A stretch of 64,000 nucleotides of DNA. Origin: Lingula anatina (lineage: Eukaryota > Animalia > Brachiopoda). Within the stretch, counting starts at the first letter, position 1. Each line of letters opens with the position of its first letter. The stretch is taken from the NCBI GenBank assembly GCA_051362555.1, contig CM120642.1, forward strand, positions 21,638,001 to 21,702,000, written 5' to 3'. The notes beneath the pieces are model-generated. The model ran no database searches, was not told the DNA's origin, and worked only from the letters and a program-made list of their open reading frames with translations. Below are positions 50,113-63,059 of this stretch, piece after piece. Made by a program: the position numbers and the translations under genes.

Positions 50113-50357
50113 CCACTGTGGTAAAGTCCCCACAAGAACCATGGTACCAGACGGTGGGCTTCAAGGCCGGCGCAGGCGCAGTGGGCGGAATGGTGGCACT
50201 GTGCCTAATTGCTGTTATTGCCTATCGCTGTGTCTGGGGACAGAAATATAAAGTCAGCTCAATGCCAGAGCATCCCCGTAGGTCGCCCCCCATGGCCTAC
50301 ACACACCAGATGACATCTATCGGGGCAAACAAATACAGGAGACATCCGCAACATTGA
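50113..50357 (+). CDS. Terminal exon: transmembrane helix and short cytoplasmic tail
   Basis: atttcag acceptor; AGAGAVGGMVALCLIAVIAYRC hydrophobic stretch followed by basic residues; TGA at 50355. Confidence 0.75.
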
Positions 50358-52764
50358 GGACATTGATGCCTCGGCGGATAGTGAGAACGAGACCGACTTC
50401 GCTTCATTTCCACCTGGGAGACATGCTTTTAGCAATCAGGCATTCACTTAGACAATGTTTTATTTTCTCAGATATTATAAACAATGCTTTAGATGCAAAC
50501 ACTAAAGTGCTGATGACAATACATGCGATATCTGATCTGTGCCGGCTTTGATTTTGACATATGAATGTTAGATGCGCAGATCCAAGAAAACTAGGAAAAT
50601 TATTTGGAAATGAAATGAATGTTTTGATTATTACGGTGCTTCAAGATAATAAATTTGTGACAAAAAAGAACAGCAAATGATTAAAATTACCAGAACGGTT
50701 TAAAATATCAACTTAAATTTACAAAGAAATCCTGAGAAATTAATGGTAGTCAAAATTAGGAATTATTAATTGGTCATAATATATTAAGGAAGAAACGCTG
50801 CTAGTTTACTTACTGCTTGCTGCATTAATTGTGATATGGTTGGATCACGGAACAACAAGAATAATTCCATGCGTTATTATCAGTTACATACGGGACCAAC
50901 TGACATTTAAAATTTTTATGATTTTAATTTATTAATATTGAAATTTCCCCAATTATGAAATTTTCAAAAAGCGTAAAACCCACTGGTACTGTTTTTGTAT
51001 CATATAACCTACTGCTTGTTCAGTGAGGTCACACAATGAAAGTCATTGGTTGTTGATTGAAAAATCAAATAAATAGTTCACTTAGTGCAGGCAAAATATA
51101 CCCTTTGCTTGAATTAAAATGCTCAACCTCGAATAACATTTAAAAACCCCGTGTTAATCCCCTACACCCCACCTTGGCAAACTCATTGCATGAAAGTGGT
51201 AGGTTGTCATAGATCCCTCTTAAAATAAAGTTCTAAATAGCCTCATACAATACTTCTCAATGCTAATCATTCTGTAGTATTTTAGTGGGAATCGCCTTAA
51301 TTTATTATAAACAGTAGACAGCACAGCTTTGTTACTTTAAATTAAGTCCCCTTTACACTGGCCGGCGTCATTTCAGCGTCCCTTCTACAATCAATAATGT
51401 TGTCAAGAAGCTCAATTGTCGCCAAAGCAATTAAATCCTGTCTCAGTGTAAATGCTTCTTCGTCCCTTGTGCCTTCTTTGAACGACCGAATATAGGTTTT
51501 ACTGGTAAAACAGCGAGCGACCTGTGCGTCCACTGGAGCTATCCGCCTACCTCCCCTGTGCGTCCCCTGCACAACCTACGGGGTTCAAGGATTCATTACG
51601 AACCCTTCGTTAAGTTCTCTGTACCTTCATCGACGTTTAGTGGCTGTCATTCTTAGATATTTCTGCCTCCTGCTAGACCGATAAACGATGCTTGAACGTT
51701 CTGTGTGCGAAGCGATCACAGTGTGTGCTTTGAGCGTCCAACGGCAACCTGGCACGTTTTATGGTCGCTGTCTAGTGTAAAGAGGGTTTTACTCACAAGA
51801 TCAATTAACAATATTGCAGATGTATATCTGACGATTCACGAAACCCCCAGACTTCGCTTCCATAGTTCAGGTTCGGTAAAACATATGCATCAAAGAGAAA
51901 AAGTTGTTTCTACATTTGAGAGTACGTCTCTACTGATATTGTTACTACCAACATTGCCTTACTTCCCTGATCAGCTATGGCTTTCTGTGTGGTGAGGAAC
52001 TTTCCATTGTGATTTAATAATAACCCTAGGAACGGAAAACTATTGGTTATCTTGATATTTCCTGTGCAGAGAACAACTCAAGACAACGCTACGAATTCAC
52101 TAATATCTTTTATTTGAATCCGACTCAGTCGCCCCCTCAGCCGAATATAGCTTTTTTGTGGCCGCGTTAGGAAATATTGAATAGCGTTTTGTAATATGAG
52201 AATGCAAAATTCTTTAAGTAAATAGAGTATAAATATTTGTAGATTGTGTGAAAAGGAGAGTCGATGAATAAACATTACAAAGCTCCAGACTGTTGTCGTC
52301 ATTTCTCACTATAACATGACTATTTATCTAGAGACATCTGCGAGTATCTGTGAAAAATCAATCTGTCGACTGGTAGAGGGTACCATGACAGCAGCTACAG
52401 TACATAAGAACTTTTCAGAATTCTATGTTCTAAACAATTTCTTTGATAAAAATTTACAGATTTTGTAAAAAGAGGAAGAACGATTATATTTCCTAGGGGA
52501 TAATGTTTGCAAATAGCAGGAACAAACTGGACTGTTACAGATGTATTCTTGAAAGACTGCCCCTTGTGACAGGAAAAAACAAAGAATGAAGTCATGTACA
52601 CAACAGGGTGGAGCTAGGTGTCATCTTCAAGACAACATTACTTGAAGAAATTCCGGAATGAATGCATAGTGAAACTTCTTTAATTTTTTAAAAAAGATTT
52701 TCCGAAAAAGAGGAAGAAAGATTATATTTCCTGAGAGGAAATGCTTTCAAATAACAGGAACAAA

Positions 52765-53699
52765 CACGCTCGGCTGTCACCTTGATTGGATAGTAAACGA
52801 TTGTCGTAAAATCGCTAAATGATATTAAAACCGGGTGCATAAACTTGAAAACCACCTACAACAACCTTGGACTGCCACATTAATCCAATACAATGCAAAC
52901 ATAAACTATAACAAGTGGTTAAAGCCTTTAAACCGAATGTCGTAAAGTCCCCATATACCTCCATAGAGACAATAAAATAGAATGAGCTTCTGAAACAAAC
53001 CTGATCCAGTTCCAACAGAATAATCGAAATAAAATACTGCCGGGCATCGGAGCGGCCTAAAACTTGGCACGCTTACCGCTAATACTGCAGGCTACATCAT
53101 TCCGTCGCTCGTTTGTAAATTCCGTGCATGGCATACGCACAATCAAACCGTAAAAAACAAATTCTCGGGGTGTCGTTGGCCAGGTCCACTCTAACCTACC
53201 ATTACGAAAAAGAAGCCATGCCATTGGACAATGCGACCTCTGCGGTTACGTCATTTCCTGAATTGGATTGTTGCGTGGACCTAGCCAACGACACCCCGAG
53301 AATTTGTTTTTTACGGTTTGATTGTGCGTATGCCATGCACGGAATTTACAAACGAGCGACGGGATGATGTAGCCTGCAGTATTAGCGGTAAGCGTGCCAA
53401 GTTTTAGGCCGCTCTGATGCCCGGCAGTATTTTATTTCGATTATTATGTTGGAACTGGATTTTTCTTGTTTCAGAAGCTTCTTCTATTTTATTGTCTCTA
53501 TGGAGGTATATGGGGACTTTACGACATTCGGTTTGACGGCTTTAACCACTTGTTTTAGTTTATTTTTGCATTGTATTGGATTAATGTGGTAGTCCAAGGT
53601 TGTTGTAGGTGGTTTTCAAGTTTATGCACCCGGTTTTAATATCATTTAGCGATTTTACGACAATCGTTTACTATCCAATCAAGGTGACAGCCGAGCGTG
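52765..53699. mobile_element. 935-bp foldback DNA element (~420-bp arms, 8-bp TSD)
   Basis: GGAACAAA|CACGCTCGGCTGTCACCTTGATTGGATAG ... CTATCCAATCAAGGTGACAGCCGAGCGTG|GGAACAAA. The arms are nearly identical around an ~85-bp spacer (~53190-53274). Confidence 0.92.
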
Positions 53700-56600
53700 G
53701 GAACAAACTAGACCGTTACAGATGTATTCTTGAGTCTCTTGTGACAGGAAAAAGAATAAAGTCATGTAGATGAAAGTAATAAAGAACAATTTTCAATAAT
53801 TAATTTTAACAATACTTACAAAGTTTGAAAAGATTTAGAACTTTATAAAGTATATTTCTATTTACTGTCATTCCTTAATACGACCAAAACCTCAGATTTT
53901 TTTTTTTTTTTTTTGTCTCTGCGTCTGCTAGTCCCACAATTGACGTTTGTTTATATAACCCGTCAATCAAGCAGTTATTACTTGATGGGATCTGTCAAAA
54001 CTGAATGATTTGATTGGCACGTTGTCGATCAAATGGTGAAGGAAGCTGGAACTTTGCATGTTCGACAACTGTAGATTTCAACAACGTAATGATTTTGATT
54101 GAAGTTTGTTTATAAAACTCAAAGTCGTGTGCGTTTGACAGCTTCCGTCAAAATTGAATTAAACCGTATGAGTTTGATAGGCACCTGTCTATCACAACAC
54201 TTTTGTTGCTTTTAGTTAGTAGAAAGCAAAGTTCATTTTTCCATGCAGCTCTATTAAGTCTCAATTCCTACCAGTCCTGATAGGTACGTCTCGACAGATA
54301 CGTCTTGACAGATAACGGGACCCGATACTTCTATGTCGCCATACCTATAAACCCATTTACCGATAAGTGCACGTACCGATAGATTAATTAGACTAGAGTC
54401 TGCTTTTGAAAATGCTATCTAATGGTGTCACCTTATTTATTTTTAATCAATTAAAATTATTTCTTGTAATTAAACATCAATTACCATTACCTGAGGGCCA
54501 TGGGGAAGACAAAAAATTAATTTACTATGTTTTATCCTCAATAACTATTTTTTGTAAATAAATAAATAAAAACTTAGCTTTGTTATTTATTATAAAAAGC
54601 ATTATATTTACCCCACGACCTTGAATTTTGATACGGATTACCGTACAGACCTTGACAGCGTTGCTAGCTCTCAAATGTTACTTCATTCTTCAGTAAGACT
54701 TGTGCTGTGTGAAAAATAAACATACGGAGACATTTGCGCCCAAATATACACTAAGCTACATAAAAACATGTAATTTGGTCATATTAATTTTGAAAGTTCC
54801 CTTTCAGAAAATACGTCCTGACTCTGAAATACTGGTAAAGACCGAGAACATGCGTTTTTGTGGCGTCTGGACTGGTAGTTTAATTTGGTGCATGGGGGGA
54901 GGGGGGGGGGAGTAATATCTTCAACTTTGTAAAAGTGATCTTCTAACAGTAGGTAGTTGAATCTGAAGTTTCGATGCAAAGGTAATTGAAACATTTGACA
55001 GTATTGTTCCTACGCTAGTTTTCACAGCCCCATACTAGGCTGCCATTGGGTATTTTCCTTACCTGTGAAAGCCACTATTTACTTCCCAAGATGCGTGAAA
55101 CGTTCATTTTATTTAGCGTGAAGCACCCCATTCCTGTGACTCGTACATGCGGCTTTTTACTCTCCGTTATTCGTGAAAGAAAGACGCTATACCCGGTGAT
55201 TCGTGATACGTGATTTTTGACGAGCATTTTCAGTGAAATCTGAATAAGGTTTTATTTACTGTGTTTTGTGAAATGATAATTTTTTCCCGTGAATTGTGAT
55301 CACCCCCCCCTCAATGGTACCCTCTCTGGGCTGTATCCTCCCAAGGGAGGTGAGAACATTTACACCTAGTCTGAGTCAGTATTAGTTTTTTATGTACTTT
55401 ATAAGAACATCTGTTAAGTCAATCCTAGCTGTGACAGCTATAGTTAACTAAGCTGTACTCACTCTAGGCCCTTATGAACGCTGTCACTAATTTTAACGTT
55501 CTATACAAATAGGGTAAACAAAAAACGCATTTTGTCTTCTCTAACACAATCGGTACAGATGACTTTTTTTTTTTGGGGGGGGGGGGGTGAAACAGAGCCA
55601 AATAATTTGATATCAAACTTAACGGTTGATAAGATGTTATTATTTTTGCCATTATGGTGGTAGAAAGCCTAAATCACCATCCAGGTATTAGGACCCCTTG
55701 CGCCATATCAAATAACAAAAACAAGTTTAAATCGAAACTTGCGTTCAAAAAGAGGGTGCCCTGTACATTATTATGTAATACAAGTGAGCATTTCGGTGAG
55801 AGGTGTTCAGGTAGAACCAAGGTCAGTAGAAGATGGAGAAGACAGAGGTTCTTGGTACGTTGCTGCAATTTCCACATGTAGGCCAAAATTTAGCACAGAA
55901 AATTACAGGAAGCTGACGTAGTATTACATAGATGTTATAAGATAACGCCGTGTATTTTGTGTAGACGACGTTTACCCAAATGATGCGTTTCGCACAGGGA
56001 CATTTTAGTCCTTATGACTGTGTGAACATTGCACTTATGTCTAATACACTCTAAATTAGAATTTCAAAATCAGCTCTAAGTTTGAATGATTTATTTTCTG
56101 TAATTTCAGAGAAGGAACGCACTTGACAATGAGGAAGTGAGAGGCTTATTGCCGCTGTCCAAAGGTCTGAACAAGTTCTCAACAAGTAAGACGACTGGGC
56201 AGGTATCTACATTTTCCTAATTGATTTATTGGCGAGGTCACTGGCCTGTTTTCAAAGTATCAAAAATGTAATGTTTATAAAAGTAAACTTCATACAGACA
56301 AGTGCACATTCATTAATAAGATGTTGAACTATTGTGTCACTGCATTCCTGGAAACGACGGGACGAGGCTGGGGAGGTGAGGGGTGGGGGTGGTGGACTAG
56401 GCTACAGTGTCCCTCCCTTAGTTTAAGAGGTATCCCTTCTCCCTCACAAAATAACAAATCAAAACAAGAACAAGAACAAATCAAAAGCGCAAAAAAATGC
56501 GCATGGCACGAAACTAGACGAAATCCAGTTAATGTATCCTCGTATCCTCGCCCCCTCCCCCTAAAAACCCTGGCTTGGTCAGAGAAAATGTGCCTAGATA

Positions 56601-56708
56601 ATGTCTTTTTTTAGATCCTGTCAATTTTATACTAATTGGGCCCATCTGCCAAATGTTTTCATTCACTGGCTTTCATGTCCGTGAATATCTCCGTAATCCG
56701 TGCACCTG

Positions 56709-56855
56709 GGGCCCGTATCTCGAAAGCATCGCGCATTGCGACCGTGCGCAAGCGTTTCGATTCCATATCTCGCCCATACTCGTCCCATATAATACATTGT
56801 AGCCTCTATTTGATATAGCTATTCGCAATACGCGATGCTTTCGAGATACGGGACC
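56709..56855. mobile_element. PIF/Harbinger-like MITE
   Basis: CTG|GGGCCCGTATCTCGAAAGCATCGCG ... CGCGATGCTTTCGAGATACGGGACC|CTG (3-bp TSD). Confidence 0.8.
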
Positions 56856-59549
56856 CTGGTCTTTTCACATGACATATTACGTAAAGAAGGATGTTGTCAT
56901 TAAACAGTGTGCACACAGTAGAAAAGAATAGGGATGGCACAATAGTGTTTTGTAAACATAATATTGCATGTGTTCCAGAATAGCATGCTGTAAAGATATA
57001 CACATACTGCTTCATCAAACTGTGTCGTGAATGTGATTTTCTTCGTTTATTTCAGTGGCTCCCAACTTCTGTTTACCGGGTGATTGGATGCGTCGCCGAT
57101 CAAAGACATCAAATTCATGTTGGACATCGCCCGCGCCCATGCCAAGATTGTCTCGCTTGTTGAAGTTTGTCTTGTAGTTTATTTGCAGGGTAGACATTCG
57201 ATATGAAATGTAATCTTTGCCTTGGATAGTAATATTCTGCATAAAATGTGTATAAAAATAATTGTTGCACGCAGCAAGAATTTTTTAACGAAACTTCTGA
57301 TCAGAGAAAAAGAAAGAAATGGATATCGTCGATATATATTATAGATTTGTTTCTAAATCGTAGTACACCACTCTATCCGCTCATATCGTTTCAAGTATTT
57401 TATTTATTATGTATATTTATTATTGTGTCAGGAGGAGGTACCCATCAGTTCTCAAACAAAAATACGGCACTTTTTGGAGTTCACCTTTAACAATATAATT
57501 CTAATGCAAAAAGTATTTGCTGAAGTGATGGATGAAAACAAAAATGATAGTTATTATTATTATTATAAGGCGATTTTAGGTAGAGTACTGTTCCAGCACT
57601 ATTGATTTTCTAGTTGAAGGTAAAATTTTTCTGTGGGCAAATCTTCAGTTAGCCACTTACCTGTGCATTTGAGGATATTTTAAATATTTATTTTGAATTG
57701 AATTGAATTCTGAGAAATTCCAAGAAGAAAAATATCTCAACTTTATTACATGTTGAGAGACAAACGGTTACATATATTGACCGTTAAGTTTGAGAAAAGA
57801 ACAAGTTGTTAATTTAACTTAACTTACAAACACTGTACTTCAAGTTATAATGATTCGGATATTACAGCTTTATGAAAAAGATTAAATTTGTCCACGTGAT
57901 TCCAGAATTGCCCATGTATAAGAAACGATCCTTTTTTTTTAATTGTGGATATACGTTTGTGACGCATGTTAAGAATGAACTTACTTTGGTTTCGGTGTTT
58001 TGATATTTTTGTCTGATCAGTGACAGATACACATTTTCTGTGCTGGGAGGGGTCTAAAACAATGTTAAGAAAATGAAACCAGGGGAGAAATAGGGATTTT
58101 CACGAAATTACTGCGCATTCGTTATTGCAGGAAGGGAATATATGTCACCCACTTGATAAAATTGCCTCTTCTTAGGGCCACCCAAATTTATCAGCATTGC
58201 ATGAGCTAATTTGTGAGTTGCTCGACCTTTTGTCAATATCGCAAAGCAGAAATGTAAGTGCTCTCCTGAAAAACTTCTTTGTTCATATGCATAAAAATAT
58301 CTATGTAGGATTGGCATTTATCATAACCTTTACATTTTTTATTTCGAAAATTCATCATGCAATTCAAATTGATTGCTTCAGCCGTCTCAAAAAGTTGGGG
58401 GGGGGGGGGGGTAGAGTAACTTTGTTCGAAGTGCTTTATTGATTGATATTTCTTTAGCCGAGAGGTGATTGAGAGGAAAAGGTCAGCCCAGCACATCTTG
58501 GGGTACTTTTGCCAATTGTTTTCATGATCACTGAACACCGGAGACCAAAGTAAGGGTATTAGCATTTATGAATTAATGAATCTTAAGTCACCATTTATTT
58601 ATTTATTTATTTTTTGCGTAATCATTTCAGCTTTGTTTGCATATTTTTCTTGAATTGCTTCGACTAGAATAAGCTTGGAAATTAACCATGTTTTTATGCC
58701 GTTCCTGATTCGCATGCTGTGCAAATTTAAGTTTTCGCTCAGTCTTGCCATTAACCTACCAATATCAAGGATGTAATGAAATGAAAACAAAATAATGTAA
58801 AACACTCGATTCTTAAAAATGACTGTTTTTGTCTACCTTTTTCTGTGCGAGAATCAGCACGACGGCTTAGAACAAGGTGTGCGTGAGTGCGAGTGCACGT
58901 GAGGGGAAGACACCTATATGTATTTTGGAATTTCGATATCATTCACACAACTGCAATTGGACACTTTGCTCCTCAATGAAATTAGTAATCAATTATGAAC
59001 GCCAACTTTTAACGAAATTTGACAAGTACGATATAATTTCAATTTATCTACCAGTCCTGGTCAATTTTTTATATGAATTTTGATTTGGTAAGAATTATGT
59101 CGAAATTCTCTTTTATATAAATAAAAAAGAATTCGTTGTTTGAGCGGCAATTTCCAAAGTGCATAAAATCCTTTATATGTGTTAGTTAGTCTACTATCTG
59201 GTAGACTTCTTGTATTTTTTTGTAAAAGCATAATTTATAGATTTTTTTTTAGAAATTAGATGCTATTATAATGATAGTTGTCAACGTAGAAAAACGTAAT
59301 TTCACTTATTTTGTTTTGTATAAAGCTTTGTTGAATTTACTTGGAATTTGTTGAAACAATAAATAATGAAAATAATGTACAGATATTTGTATGTTGAATT
59401 CCCTTTCATTTTTCACCTTCTGTTCCCTTTAGCTCTATTCGAACTCTCGTTCTCCAGTGCACAAGTCTGTAGTCTTACCTATAGAGCCTCTTGTATTAGT
59501 TTACCTTGCTTATTTGAATTTTTTTTGCAAAAGGTAATTTGCTGGGACC

Positions 59550-59625
59550 CAGAAGCGCCAGGTTTCGAACTTGGGACTTTTTGACTCAGAGGCAAGCGCG
59601 TTACCTACTCCTCTAACTGTTCCCA
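59550..59625 (-). mobile_element. Degenerate tRNA-derived SINE head
   Basis: Minus strand reads TAGAGGAGTAGG (A-box-like) ... AGTTCGAAACCTGG (B-box-like) with tRNA-like spacing. No clean cloverleaf. Confidence 0.45.
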
Positions 59626-61248
59626 CCCACCCTCCTCGGGAAGACTTTCCTCTTATAGTGACCAAAGGGAAATTTCTGTAAAGCCCCTTGAAAAGTATTC
59701 AATGATTTCCAAGTACCCGAACCAGGAAACGAACCCAAACCCGAGGGGTACCACTGAGTCAATGAAATTATTGTAGTAACCAAAGTTAACTTCTAATATA
59801 TCCCAATACATTAAAGAAATTTTAGAAAAGTAAGACAAGTTCAAAGCCCAACCCCAGGTTGCCGCTGAGAAACGCAACCGTCAAAGTAATAACTAAGACG
59901 TTTTGTGTATTTGGAAAGTCTTTATTCAGTGCCAAACAACTACGTATTTATTATATTTAAGCATTTTAGTGTAAAACTACCAAGTTTAAGAACACTTAAA
60001 TCACTATTTAATCACTTTGAATATCCGTAAGACATGCATGTAAGACAAAAGTTATATCTCAAAGGCGTAACATATACAACAAATATATTACATTTCACCA
60101 ATAAACGGTCAACTTAACTACTCGTTCATGGTATGGTGTTATCAATATCTACAAGCATTTAAAAAAAATTCAGATCAAATTTGAGAAATTGACAGTAATT
60201 AAAAGGATATATAAAGCAGTTCATCAATTATCACACAACATGTGTGCGTCACTGACTAATAAGATCAATAACTTGTGACTATTTCTATATTTACATGATT
60301 TATTTGATTTATTATTACTATAGCATAAAACATGAAAAAGGGAACATTTCATGAAATTACTGTCAGAAAAATATATCAGTAAATTGTTGTAACTTCCAAA
60401 TGATCTTTCAAAACACTCACTTTTGTCTTATGAAAAAAATGACGATCTCGACGATCAAAAGTTTCCATATTTGTGCATACTTTATTCGCACGACAACGTA
60501 ACGCCAAGTCACCACTCGTTACCTTGCTGGTACTTTCGCCCTAAAAAGTTCGGAAACATTGTTATTTTGAATAGTTACAAAATAACCATTATTATTTTTT
60601 AGGTAAATATTTTAACGGTAAATATTTTTACGGTAAATATTTTAACGAAATATTGTTGGATAATGAACCCACCATGTGTTTATCTTTATTTCCACAGATT
60701 TTCCCAACACATTACATTTTTTTTATTATTGAAAAACAATTTCACGTTTCCGAACTTTCTTGGTCGCGTGTATAATATCCAACAATCTCCCAGGGCCACT
60801 GAATTCATGTGCACTTTTCTCTGACGTACGCAGGACAGAAAAGTCCCATCGTTTAACTAGAAACATATCTGTGAAAACGTGTATCAAGTTAAAAATCAAT
60901 CTATGGCCCTGGTAGAGGGTAATCATTATTGTAGTACCATTTAACAAAGGCCACGGCGGCAAACTTGAAGGTCTTACGAGAATAGAGCACGTTGAAAGGC
61001 ATAAGGGACAGATATCTTTACTGAAATAAACCAAACCTGTATCTGACGACCACGCAGTCTTAAACATGTCATGTTTCTAGTTGCTTTATTTTAAAGATAT
61101 CAACAGAACGATTAACATTTGTTTGAAACAGTATTTTGCGCTATCAGTTCGCCCCCTATGCCTTGTAGGGTTTACATTGTTGGCCAGTGAAGCCACAATA
61201 TTTAAAGCTCCCGTCACACAAAAATCTCTACAGTGTAGCTATAATTCA

Positions 61249-61329
61249 ACTTATATATTCAACGGACTGAAATAGTACAACTGGACTAGTGACTTATATA
61301 TTCAACGGACTGAAATAGTACAACTGGAC
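61249..61329. repeat. 38-bp direct tandem duplication
   Basis: acttatatattcaacggactgaaatagtacaactggac occurs twice. Confidence 0.8.
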
Positions 61330-62168
61330 CAGTGAAATCGTGCCGAAATTAGAAATGGAAGTGTAATACTTATACAGCATACCTACTGTCTGTTATGCTC
61401 TTTTTATTTCGACCTCCAACCGCTTACTACAAATATTTACATGTCAGTAAATAGGAATTTAAATGGAGAGATTCCACAGCATTTCCCCTTTTTTTGATTG
61501 CTTCTTGTACGTCTTCAACTGACGATACTTTTTCAACTAACGAAGTCCGAAATAGTTTTCATTTCCAGAGGACGTCGTGATAAGGTGAAGTTATGGAGGA
61601 AGCAAAATGTTGTGGAGGAAACACTGGGGAGTGGCCAAACCATTTTTATACATGCACGCGTCACAGTTCTTTTCATAAAATTAATTACAAATAAGTGAAC
61701 ATTAAATCCCTAACATTGATACATTAAAACGTTATACTGAAAAGGTTAAAACATAAATATTCGTATACTTAGTTTCCAGACCGCCTCGCATCCACTCCCT
61801 GATCACGTTAGGTGTAACAACTCTTCCCAGAGAGTAGGTTCAATTTGCTTTATGGGGGAGGGGCTTTTCTGTCCAACCCTCACTCTTATCTGACAAGCAA
61901 AACTTGATTAACAATTTACTAAAATCAAAATGCATATATATATAGTGCATTTGTGTTAAATATATTTAAAAAAGAAACCAGAAGAAAACACCCAAAATGA
62001 AATAATATTATGTAGGTCAATGGCGATTCTAAAATGGTCCACTGCTTTTATCTGAACAGTTTTCGCCATGTTTGACAAACTGGGCAGTACTATAACGCCA
62101 CCTGGAGGAAAATATGATCGTCTCTGTTGCAATAAGTACCAGTCACATTATGATATCAACATACTACA

Positions 62169-62334
62169 CAGGGGCGTAACCAGGCATACGCATGGATGCA
62201 CTGTGCGTACAATTTTTTGAGCCAACCATGATATTATTCTCCACAAATTCAGTGTATTTTTCACGGAATATAATCGTACCTGGGAATTTTCAAAATCTGT
62301 GCGTACAATTTTAAAAGGTCTGGTTACGCCCCTG
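62169..62334. mobile_element. hAT-like MITE with 5-bp TSD
   Basis: CTACA|CAGGGGCGTAACCAG ... CTGGTTACGCCCCTG|CTACA. Confidence 0.8.
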
Positions 62335-63059
62335 CTACATGTAGCTGAATATGACATCTACGTCTTTGTATGTCCACACATGAATCTACAGTATATGCAC
62401 AGGTGTATGTAACGTACTTTTCCCGTCACGCCGGTTTATTTGGACTTCTTAAGGAGGACGATAAACATACTGTACACGTGTGACGAGGCAGAAAAGCTGT
62501 CATGTGTACATACAGATATATAACACATGGTAGAAACACTGACATGAAAACAGTCTACTGTCGCTGTACTGGGGGTAAATTAAGGAAGCCATTTAAAATG
62601 GAAGTGAACAAAATGTTTGATACTGTATAATGTTTATGTTTTGTTACCCAATGCTTCACAGCATCATGATAACCTGTTTTCAATAAAGAAATACATGTGT
62701 CGTGGATATTAAAATAATGTAGTAAACACAGGACTTGAGGCCCATGTAAATACTTATTAAATCACAATTAAAATATGCCAAACTGTGAATAGTGAAAGTG
62801 GGGAAATTTAAACGTTAAACCTACATCTGTGTTTCAGTCTAAGAGAAAGAGCACATTAATTATGACTGAGGTAAGCTTATTAGTCTGGTGGGAAGGAGGG
62901 GTTCACGTGCAACCCCGTGAAAAACAGTGGATACCTATATTTTCTTAACCCTTGATGTCTAAATTTTTGATTTCTTGATGTTCCCAGGGTGAAAAAATGT
63001 CCCATGGGGTTTTAATTTAATGACATGTAACACCCTGTGGCTCAAATAACCACATTTGA

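Larger units (their letters stand above)
849..50357 (+). pseudogene. Giant multi-exon membrane-protein gene (bark beetle/Anakonda-like N-part + CBM14 + CTL + EGF + PSI + VWD + EGFs + 2 cadherin + TM), apparently inactivated; 5' end outside window
   Basis: More than 35 exons with GT/AG boundaries and mostly consistent phases. Lesions: in-frame TAA at 5616, 7171 and 34003; frameshifts near 7882, 16187, 17984 and 31360; Tc1 and LINE insertions inside exons. Confidence 0.8.

Noticed and set aside
51342-51700. Possible terminal exon of a minus-strand gene (...IDCRRDAEMTPASVKGT*)
   Set aside because: GC-richer and coding-like, but no recognisable domain or linked exons, so it cannot be supported without a search.
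55739-57190. Exon-like blocks on + strand (e.g. 56109-56202, 57056 onward) with plausible splice sites
   Set aside because: No consistent frame or recognisable protein could be assembled by eye.
59550-59625. Functional tRNA gene
   Set aside because: A/B-box-like motifs are present but the acceptor and anticodon stems are not convincing; treated as a SINE head.
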